64,000 nt of DNA from Vicugna vicugna. Taxonomy: Eukaryota. Each line of letters opens with the position of its first letter. The first letter of the stretch is position 1. The notes under the pieces are model-generated. The model saw only the letters and a program-made list of their open reading frames with translations. It searched no databases and had not been told where the DNA came from. The DNA lies in NCBI GenBank assembly GCA_013265495.1, contig MU058531.1, forward strand, positions 3,100,911 to 3,164,910. Reading direction: 5' to 3'. This document shows, piece after piece, positions 12,701 to 24,700 of this stretch. A program made the translations under genes and the position numbers.

Positions 12701-15700
12701 CTACGATATTATTTTAGACTAATCACTTTTTACCTCTCATGAGAGTAATTTCTATTTTGAAATGAAGCTCAAAACTCAAGGTCAAAAAAAAACATCTCTG
12801 CTATCTTTCAGCATTACTGATGGAGAGGGGAAATAAAGGCTATTCAAGTAATCTAAAAAAATTCTGCTAATTTTAAGAATTAAAAATTTATTATTTATTT
12901 TTAATAGCTAAAATACTAGATAAGGCACATTTACAACATTGCTGATTTTAAATTAATATACTAATACATACATTTTACAAAGTTGCAGAATCTTACTATT
13001 AGACGTTCAAGTGCTATTCAGGACATGAAACTTCACCACCACAATCATGCCAGGTCACACAGGTTGTCTGTACATCTTCAATGCCAGGGACTTCATTATG
13101 CCTGACTTACCATATGTCAGGCACTGTGTCGAGCACTTCATAAACATTTTTGTTTAATCCCTACAATAACCCTAGGATCCTCACTTTTAGAGATAAGAAT
13201 TGAGTCTTACAGAGGTTAAGAAGCTTGCCCAAGAAGATGACTAGTAAGTGGAGTAACTGATAGGAGTGAATACACAAGAGGTCTGATTTTTAAGCCCATG
13301 ATCTTATATATACTGCACACTACAGAACATTGATACCCTCCCCCCACTCAGTATGGCAGACATATTCTAGCTTATTCAAAAGGCGCCTGCTGTTAATATC
13401 TGAAATGAGGACAGAGGTATATTCTTTCATAAGAATGACAAACTCCAATTAGAACACTGTTTAAACGAGACATAGGAATCATTTTTTATGAAAACCTGCT
13501 TCACAATAGTTTCTAAGAATATTATGGTATCTGAACATTGACTCCAAACTAAACATTCTAGCACCTACCACTCTGCACAGGCCTGCACATTTAAAACTGC
13601 TTAACTAAAGTTAGGCATGGCAAATGTCCAGTTCCCTGGTTTATGCGGTCACACAGTCATGCTGGATTTTATATACTATCAACTAAACCATTAACCACTC
13701 AAGTCTACTTTAGATATCCAGTGCAAGTAAGTGACTATGCCCAAGACTACTCAAATTAACAACAGCATTTTAAAAGATAGTATTACCTGTGATGGAAATT
13801 TAATTTGAAGGAGCATTCTTGACATAATCCTTAAAAAAAAAAAAGTAACATCACTGAATTGCTAAATTTGAATAATGGTACTGCTACTTTACTTTTGATA
13901 TCATAAATTTGTCATTTTTCCTTACATTACTTTACATTAAGAGGGGAAACAAATAATCTGAAGAAAACAATCTTATTCTCTCCACCTCAAAAAATGCATC
14001 TATATAGTAAAAATCGTATTAGAACGATTGAAGAATTGAACATACTCTGACATTACTTTAGAAAATGGTGCTGTCAATTTATTCTAAAAGCATACTGTTT
14101 CATAGGTAGCGTTAATGTGTATCTCACATCAAAGATACCTAATGACTATAGTGTGGGTACAGTCATTTCCTCTGAAGTACTCTAGAATTTCCCAATGGAA
14201 AAGAGCTTTTATAAAAGTCCCACAATTGAGGTCTCTTTTTGACTTTAATCTCAATTCACCCTAGCTGATTATTCTTCAATAGCACTTCCAGGAGCCACTG
14301 AGAAACCAACCCTCATTGGTGTGAGTTAAGTAGCATATCAGGAAATTGACTTCTCCCTGGAGTGGGCAGAAAACTTTAAAGGGCACATTTATTTAGGAAT
14401 CAGGGAAGGCTGTTAACATGCTGCAGAGAAGCTGACACATTAGCTTAGGAAAAAAACAGAATGAGCAACAGATTCTAAAACATGCATATTAAGAGAAACT
14501 GTTATATTCCAGGTTATAACCCAAAACTTTTAAGACAGATATCAAGAACAATATGCCTTACTAAAATTTTTTCTTTATTGACACAAAGAGTGTATTAATT
14601 TATTATCCACATCATAACAAGATGGCTAATAGGTAATGTGAGATTTTACACTGCTTTTCCTTATACTCTGCATCTCACTCTGCACTGGTGACATTCTCGA
14701 AGTTAATGGAAAGAGGTTTTCACTTTACAAATTACTCGTTTGCATTTGGCATTATGATTGTTTCACCTAAATGTCACCGTAATGTTGAAAATATAAAAGT
14801 TTTAGGCTCGTAAGTTCTTTGCAACGTTAGGAAGCTCTGAGAAAAAAAGAGCACTTTTTGGAAGGTACATTACAATTTTTAAATTTAATCTTAAATTAGC
14901 CCACTTATTTTAAAATCTAAATTACTAGCTACACTTTGAAGAAATCAATCATATCCTATCTAAAGTCAAACTTACTTAATTTAACAAGCGCACTTCTCTT
15001 TTCACCATGCTCAATATAACCAAAATTAACTTCCCAACTCTTTAAGCCTTCTTTTTTCTCACAACATTTATTTCCACAGCAAAACTGGCCTGCAAATAAA
15101 GGAAGGAATATTAGCTATGATGGTTGGTGACAATATTTATCTATATAACCTGGAACTATCTCTGAAATTTACTCTTAACATACGTACATCACATCCATAA
15201 CATACATAGTTCTATAGTCAGCATTAAAAAACTAAACACGATAATTATAGTACATTCAACAATTAAATCAAATCGCTGAATGAACTGTTTTAAAAAAAAA
15301 ATCGGTTGCAGATTTCTTACTCGATAGATGGATGGACTTCGTATTTAGATACAGTTTCAGTGACTCCCTATTAGAGAATCTTACACTTTAGAAAATGAGA
15401 GTACTTAAAAAGAGTACTTGCTAATACGCTAAAAGAATAAACATATTTTCCAAAGTACATACGCTTATACCAAGGTGAATCCTTTTCAATATTTAATAAT
15501 ATTAAAATGGATTAGAACTGCTATTTTTAAGCATTAACATAATGGAATTTAAGTACCAGCATAAAATGGTGCTTAAAGTACATTTTAAAATGTTAGCATT
15601 TTGTCATTGTAAACTGACTACACTTCAATTTAAAAAAAAGTTTAAAAAATGCTACCATTAAGATTATGTAGAATAAGTAATCAAATCTGATGCTCTAAAT

Positions 15701-18700
15701 TTTAGAACCATTTGACACTAAAATCAATGAAATATTACTATATCCATTGTGTATCAAAACCTTCTGCAAGAGTACTGATGATCCAAGAGGAAAAAAGAAA
15801 AAAGAAACTACTCTACAATTAGTAACTTTGACAGAAAGAGAAGATCAAATTTATTTGTACAAACTAAAAAAAAAATTATATCCCAATAATTTACACCAAC
15901 AGGAACACACCTGAACTTTTCATAAAAAAGAGATTATCAAAACGAATTTTGAAAATTATCAGTCCAAAGGCTGGTAACTTTTCTAAATTGGCATTTTTTT
16001 TAAACTCATTCCAAATGAATACTTTACTTAATCTGTGCACGTTTAGTAATGGCTCTATTGTTAAAATAGCAATAAGATTATACTTCATAAATCACAGCAA
16101 ATAGCTTTCTCTTCCCTTCCCAACTAATCCTTTCTTTCAATTATAGAAATTTAGAGAATGTCCATCAATTTTATTATAAGGCAGCATTATTTACCACCAC
16201 TTGAAAATTCCATTCAATGAAAGTACAAAATTTTAAAATTATGAGACATTTCAACATTCCTCATTGTTTTAGGTAAAAACACAAACTAAAATGTTATACT
16301 TTGAAATGTTAAAAATAGCTTTAAATTTATTCTTTTTCCTTCTCCACTAGTACCTTCAGGGCTGATCCTTTATTACCTTAAAAAAATCCTACTGTTTATT
16401 ATTTTTTTTTTTTACTGCATATCCAATTTCACAACTGACATAGACATCTAATTTACAGAAGATGTATATAAGCCACACTGATACCATAAATGTTTAATCA
16501 TTTTAAATGTAACCTTTATTTTCAGTTTAAAAGATTTTTTAAGTTATCAGTTTAAAATTATTTCCTTAACACTCCCATGTAGTGTTTAGAAGTATTAACA
16601 CTTAAAAATGCAATTACCGATAAACAACTAATTTTATGGCATGAGATAGTACAGAGATATTAAAGTTTCAAAAAAACTTCATGAAGAGATCACAATGCAT
16701 AGAAAAAGCATTTACTGACTGTCTACCAAATGTTTGGTCTTTTGCTGCTAATCTAAATATTTGGGCTCAAACTCAGTGACTCCATAAAACAAGAACTAGC
16801 CTCTCTAAAAATTCTATTAGGTTCCAAGTAGTTTAATTTCTAAAACTGTGGATTTGACTGGAATGCAGCAATACCAACTCATTATTCCAAAAAATGATAG
16901 AAAGAAAAAGTCAATATTCATCTGTTGATAGTTTCCTTGCTGTAAAATCTTTAACTCTTTAAACATTTTCTACTTATCCTCAATAGAATATTCTCAAAGT
17001 AAAAATCACTAACACATTATATTTTGACCTTTGTTAACAACATATCATTAATATACCTTCTCTAATTTTACTCTGTATTTTATAGATAATTACTTATTGT
17101 ATGTATCAGGAATAATATTACCCATTGACTTCAATTCAATAATATAACAAAATAATCTTATCCTATTAAAAAGTAAAATTAAAAAAAGAATTACCTTTTC
17201 CTGAAATCACTTCTTTTTCTACTCGCCACCTAAATCCAAACTGACGAGAAAAAAAAATTACATCTATGCTAGGGTAAATTTAAACATTACTTAAAATTGT
17301 ATATAAATCTTAAAATGGAGTCAACAATAGACATGATGACACTCAGTAATCTAAAAAGTAGACCTAAATCCCATCATGATATCTTTTTCTGTCCTTATAG
17401 GAGTCCAGACACTTAAAAATACATTTGAACTATTACCAACTTCTTTGTTAAGGAACAACCTTCACAACATTTGAATGCCCTATTAAAAGTTATAGGTGCC
17501 AAATGCAAGATATATAAATTAATTTAAAAAATCCTATTCTATGACAATCACAGGAAAAAAAAAGCTATAGTACAGTAAAGAGACAGTATACTATAGTGCA
17601 ACAGAGTGCAGTCTTTGGAGTTAGACTGGGTTTACGTCTTAGCACTACCACTTGACAGCTGTATAATATTGGACAAGTTATTTACTCCATTTCTGTCTCG
17701 GTTTACACATATGTAAAGTGGAGATAATATGAGTACCTATTTCTTTGGGTTAAGAGGTTTAAATGGGATAATAGATATAAAGTACTTAAAATACTACCTG
17801 GTGCATAGCAAACAATGGTCCAGGGGCCTGCTGATTATTTTTATAAATAAAGATTTATTGGACCACAACCACACCCACTCATTTGTATATGGCTCTTTTC
17901 CCACAGTAACAGCATTGTAATGAATAGGAAAAAACAACAGCATCAATCTGGAGCCTGCAAGTAGAAAGCTTTTAAATTTCCTTCTGAGATTCCTAAACAT
18001 TACTTTGTAGCTAACCCTCGAACAACAAAGGGTCTAGGGGTGCTGACCTCCTTGCAGCTGAAAATCCAAGAGTAACTTTACACTTAGCCCTTCATATCCA
18101 GGGCTTGCAGATCACTTAGTAGGGTGGAATGTAACAGTGAAAGAAATCACGCATATATAAGTGACCCTGCTCAGTTCAAATCCACGCTTGTTCAAGGGTC
18201 AATTGTATTTGCTTTCTCACTAAAAATGATAAAATGTTTTCCTCCACTGCCTTTTAAGATTCACATTCATATGCTAAATTACTATAACTAGTAAATGGTT
18301 TAGTTTTCTATTCAGTTTACCATAAGAGTTAAAAGCTCAGCTCTAGAATGATGCTGACCCAATGCAAGCTCTATCATACTAGTTCTGTGATCTTGGGAAA
18401 GTTACTTAACTTCTTAGTCCATTTCCTTTTTACGTATAAAAATCCTAATCTCATAGGTTGTTGTAGTTAACAGAATTCAGTTAAGTGTTCAATGCTTATT
18501 TTTATTTTATTTTAAAATCATCTATTACTTGAATTAGTCAATTTTGTATTTTAAAGCAAATGAGGGCTCAAAATATTTAAAAATAGTCTGATTAAAACCC
18601 AATGAAAATAAAATCCACCAGTCTAGGGAAAAAAAGAAATAAAAAATTCAAAATAAGTGTTTAATTCTATTTTTAAGCCCACTTATGTATGTGAGGATTG

Positions 18701-21700
18701 TCTGCCATCCAACATATGCTGGGCTGTCCACTGAAGTGCAGTCAAATGTGTACAGCAATAGTGTCCAAACTTTTTCTTTCATTCATTAATCTATTCAACA
18801 AATAATTATTAAGCAATAATTTACTGGGCTTGGCGCTCAGCTGAAGGTATAAAGCGATTATTAAAATAAATGCTTGTCACCAAGAAGGTTGCAATCTTAT
18901 AATGGGATAAGAAATGTAACAACTACAATATGTCCTACTAAAGACTGCATAGAAGTTTTGTCTCAATAAGTTTTTCTATTCTTTCCTGACATATTTTCCT
19001 GTGGATTGGTTAAACACTGGAATTACTCAGGGTTTGGGGCTTAGCTTCCTTTTCTTCTTACTCTACCCTCTAGCACAAAGGTCACACACGCAAGCAGTAA
19101 GAGAAAAGTCTCCTGACTTTCTGACACAACAAAGTTCCATGGCCATCTACTTGAACTTTTATGTAAAAGGAAAACAAGCAAGCTCATTCAAGACACTGTT
19201 ACTTGGGAGTGCTTGCTGGTCCCTGCAGCTGAATCCAACCCAAACTGATACAATGGTCCAACCAAATTTGCAGTGATGAAAAGGAAAAAGCAACAAAGAA
19301 GGAAATGGGGGTGTGGGACAAAAGCTGAAATTCACTAAAAATGCCCTAAGTATCTACTACCTATATTAGGCATTGAGCTAGGAGCTGGTTAACTAAAAAT
19401 GAATAAAACACTCTTTGTGTATGTAGAACTATGAGAAAATGCATCCTAGAAAAAAAGTCGAAGGCATTATTTTTTCTCCAACATCTCAAACATGGCATGC
19501 TAAAAAAGTCATTATCTTTCCCAAAATGATCCCTCTCATATATGTGGGGCAGGGGCTTACTATGGGAAATCTCTGTACTTTCCCCTCAATTTTGCCGTGA
19601 ATGTTAAACTCCTCTAGAAAAGTCTTTTTAAAAACTCCCCCTCTCACTGTATTTCCTATTTCTCTAGTATCTATTCTCAAAACAGGCAAGTCACATCTGA
19701 TTTCTCATTTGCACTTTGTATCTAACTAACTTATCATGTTCTAATAGGAAAATATAATTTGTTTCAAGATTATGCACGTTAGAGTATGAGTTTCAATAAT
19801 ATACTGGGTTTTTATAAATGGGGAATACAAATATTTAATTATTTATGTCTACTTTCTTCCCTCAACTGTAGTTCTTTTCTGAAGGGCAGACACCATGTTT
19901 TAACCCAGCTCACCAAGCCCAGTCTTCAATAAATACTGGAAAACAATTAACCAATGAACCAGGGTTGAAAAAGCTGCTTTGTTTTATGCTTCTAGAAAGA
20001 CTTAAGCTTCACACTCAACTTGCAGTATAATAACTTCAAGAACCTCCAACTGCTTTGGTGCTTTTTGGATTTGATACGGTCAATAACTATCCCAGAGATG
20101 AGAGCCAGTTCACGAGAAAATGAGGAACTCTCTGGGATACACCAAGTGCATGAATTTGTAAACAAGGTTATAAAAATGGACACTACTATTATCCATAGGA
20201 ATATTGTGAAGCAACCCACATATAAAAGGGACTACTGAAAACATTATTCAAGCAATGAAGGTCTGAGATTTAACTATTTAAGTGAAAAAGAAATTCTTAT
20301 GATAAACAAATCTAAGATAACTTTTTAAATAGTTGTCTTTCTTAATACAAATGTACATTATGCAAAACATACAGATTTATGCAACATTCCCTCCCCTCCC
20401 ATTTCAAACTGAGATCATCTGTTCCTTGGTCATCTTCTCTAGCTACAAATATGAAATTTAACATAGGAATAAAAATCACTTTAATATTCATCAAAATAAG
20501 ATGTAGAGCCAGAAGGGAAATTTGCCATTATTAATTGGCACTGATAAGAGCTAATTTTACTAGAACAGACATTTATATAACAGAAGATGTGCATCTGTTT
20601 CTCTATAAATGGTAATTAATTTGAAAAAAAAAAGCCTATCAATTTCAAGTGTCATTTGTGAAATAAGACATGAATGCTGCAGTGTCAAACCAGTCATTAT
20701 AATCACTAGAGGCTCTGCGAGAGTCAGGATAAAACAAGATCCAGTAGCTACTTGTATTTAACTATAGACTGTTCATGCCTCAGCTCACAAAGAGGCACCC
20801 TTGACTAAGGGGCCCTTTGTAAGTTTCATAGCTATAGAGGTTAAATGGTCCAACGGAAACTTCACAGATGCAGGACAACTTAGACTTGAATTAGCATCTT
20901 TAAAAGAATAAGGTGGGGCACAAGAGTACATTAAAAAGTAATACTGTACATGAATAAGAAATTTCTTCTGTAAATATTCGGAAGGCATACCTTATTTTCT
21001 TTGTATCTGCTGAGATCTGCTATGCAATATTCCTTGAATAATTTATCATAGTATTTCTTTGCAAGTCTCTTCTCCCTCCATTAAAAAAAAAATACAAATC
21101 TTAAACATGGAAATTCAATCACTGCTTGCTACTTGGAAGCAATGTCAAATAAATAACGCATATGATATAAATGTTTTAAAAGAGGCCTATTACTTACATG
21201 TGTATAGAATATCTGAATATTCACTATCAATAGTGGGTCTCTCAGGGAGGGAAACTCAAAGTCTGATAGAGATGAGGAGACTCTACTCTTTACTTTTTAC
21301 CTTCTGTAATGTTTGACTTTTTAAAACCATTTTCAGGTATTATACTTTCCCAAAATACTTTTAAAATTTAAAAAGAAACATATTACAAGACAATAAACAA
21401 TTTTGTAAAAATGTTATAAATTATTTTTTAATGACAAAGTCAAGCAATGAGAAGTCAGTTCAAATTGCTAAAAATTACCAAAAGAATCAAACCAGATTCA
21501 ATCATCTGAGGCATGGTTTTATGTTCTTGATTCACAACTGTCCTATGCAGGGGCTGAATGCTTTGGACAGCTGACAAGGTAAGCAAACACTCAGAGCAGG
21601 AGAGAGAGGAGTATAGCATTTGATGCATTATTCCTCACGTGGCTAAAATTACCAATTCATTTCCATTTCATCCTCCTCATTCCATAGAAATCTATGATTT

Positions 21701-24700
21701 TCTCGTATAACATCCATGTCTGTCTTGTCATTTTCCCTGGAAAAATTAAACAATTTTAATTTAATATGAACACAAAATTAGTCAAATTTAGGAGGTTAAA
21801 CAGTTCTGAGATTTTTTCCACACCTGAGTAAAAATAAGATACACAAAGATAAAGACAGTTTTATCTGTGAGTAGATATGTATGTATATTTATAAAATGTA
21901 TTTAAGTATATTTTCAAATGGCACTTACAAAGAATGCTGCTACAGAAGCAAGTTATCAACACTCATTTATGGTAAAAACTCTAACCAAAGTGGGTATAGA
22001 TGGAATATATCTCCACATAATAAAAGCTATTTATGACAAACCTACAACATTTCAATGGTGAAAAGTTGAAAGCCTTCCCACTAAAATCTGGAACAAGACA
22101 AGGATGCCCACTCTCATCACTTCTATTCAATATAGTACTGGAAATCCTAGCCATAGCAAATAGACAAGAAAAAGAAATAAAAGGAATCCAAATTGGAAGA
22201 GAAAAGGTAAAACTGTCACTATATGTGGATGACATGATACTACATATAGAAAACCCTAAAGGCTCCACAGAAAAACTATGAGAGCTGATAAAAGAATTCA
22301 ACAAGGTAGCAGGATACAAGATTAACACAGAGGAATCAGTTGGATTTCTTTACACTAACAATGAAATATCAGAAAAGGAAAGTAAAGAAACAATCCCTTT
22401 TAAAATCACATCCAAAAAAAATAAAATACTTGGGAATAAATCTGACCAAGGAAGTGAAAGGCTTATATGCAGAGAACTACAAAACATCAAGTAAGGAAAT
22501 TAAAGATGACCTAAAGAAATGGAAACTTATCCCATATTATTGGATTGGAAGAGTTAATATTGTTAAAATGGCCATACTACCTAAAGCAATCTACAGATTT
22601 AATGTGATCCCTACCAAATTACCAAGGACATTTTTCACAAAACTAGAACAAATAATCCTAAAATTAATATGGAATCACAAAAGACCCAGAATTACCAAAG
22701 AAATACTGAAGAAAAAGAAAGAAGCTGGAAGAATAACCCTCCCAGTCTTCAGACAATACTACAGAGCTACAGTAATCAAAAAACCATGGTATTGGCATAA
22801 AAACAGACATACAGATCAATGGAACAGAACAGAGAGCCCAGAAATAAATCCACAGACCCATGGTCAACTAATCTTCAACCAAGGAGGCAAGAATATACAA
22901 TGGAGAAAAGACAGTCTCTTCAGCAAGTGGTGCTGGGAAAACTGGATATCCGCCTGTAAATCAATGAATTTACAACACTCCCTCATTCCATACACAAAAA
23001 TAAACTCAAAATGTCTTAAAGACCTAAATATAAGACAAGACATGATTAATCTCCTAAAAGAAAACATAGGCAAAACATTCTGTGACATAAATCTTAGCAA
23101 TGTTGTCCTAGGGCAGTCTAACCAGGAAATGGAAATAAAAGCAAAAATAAACAAATGGGACCTAATTAAACTTATAAGCTCTTGCACAGCAAAAGAAACC
23201 ACAGCAAAACAAAATGACAACTTACGGAATGAGAAAATACTTGCAAATAATGCCACTAACAAGGTCTTAATCTCCAAAATATATAAACAGCTCACACAAC
23301 TTAATAACAAACAAACAAACAGACAAACAAAAAAACCCAATCCAAAAATGGGCAGAGGACCTAAACAAACAATTCTCCAATGAAGACATACAAACGGCCA
23401 ATAGGTACATGAAAAATTGCTCAATATCACGAATTATCAGAGCAATGAAAATCAGAACTACAATGAGGTATCACCCTACACCAGTCAGAATGGCCATCAT
23501 TCAAAAGTTCATGAATGATAAATGCTGGAGAGGGTGTGGAGAAAAGGGAACCCTTCTACACTGTTGGTAGGAATGCAGCTTGGTGCAGCCATTATGGAAA
23601 ACAATGCAGAGATTCTTCAAAACACTGAAAATAGACTTACCACATGATCCAGCAATCTCACTCCTGGGCATATATCCAGAAAGAACTCTTATTTCAAAAA
23701 GATGCATGCACCCTAGTGTTCATAGCAGCATTATTTACAATAGCCAAGACATAGAAACAACCTAAATGTCCATTGACAGATGACTGGATAAAGAAGTTGT
23801 GGTATATCTATACAATGGAATACTACTCAGCCATAAAAAGAGTAAAATAATGCCATTTGCAGCAACATGGATGGACCCGGAGATTGTCATTGTAAGTGAA
23901 GTAAGCCAGAAAGGAAAAAAAAAAATACCACATGATATCAGTCATATGTGGAATCTAAAAAAAACAAAACAAAACAAATGAACTTATCTACAAAACAGAA
24001 ACAGACTCACAAACATAAAAAACAAACTTATGGCTACCAGAGGGGGAAGAGGGTGGGAAGCAGTAAATTGGAAGATCAAGATTTGCAGATACTACTATAT
24101 ATATAAAACAGATAAACAAGTTTATACTGTATAGCACATGGAACTATATTCAGTATCTTGTAGTAACTTATAATGAAAAAAAATGAAAATGATTATGTAT
24201 ATGTATGATTGAAGTATTACACTGTACACCAGAAGTTGACACAACACTGTAAATTAACTATATTTCAATTAAAAAAAAAAAAGTGAGTTAAATGGATAAG
24301 GAATCTACCCATCTGTATCATTGGTTTCAATTGTACAAAGGGTGCTAAATTACCAAAGCTAGGATGAGAAATCTGAATAAACTAAATGGTTAAGGAAAAA
24401 TGAATGAAAATAAGTTTCAGAATCTAAAATAAGTCAGTAACACCATCTTATTGAGATCTAATTTTAAAAATATATGAAGAATCTTTCCATACGTCATTTT
24501 ACTAGTTTCCTAGGAAGACTGAGTAAAGAAGGAAGGAGCTGAAGATGATCTGTCAAGATGGTAACAGTCTGGGGCTAGAACAAGGGGTTGCTGGGGAATA
24601 CAGGGTAAATTGAGAGGAAAGTTTGGGGTAGATGAGATGATATGAAGTTTTTTAGGGCTCTACCAACTCAGAAAGTTGTTAAATCAGAGGAAAAAAACTC

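Noticed and set aside
22033..23383. 347-aa and 82-aa ORFs resembling a reverse transcriptase gene
   Set aside because: These are broken pieces of L1 ORF2 with stops and frameshifts, 5'-truncated and lacking the endonuclease; not a host gene or an active element.
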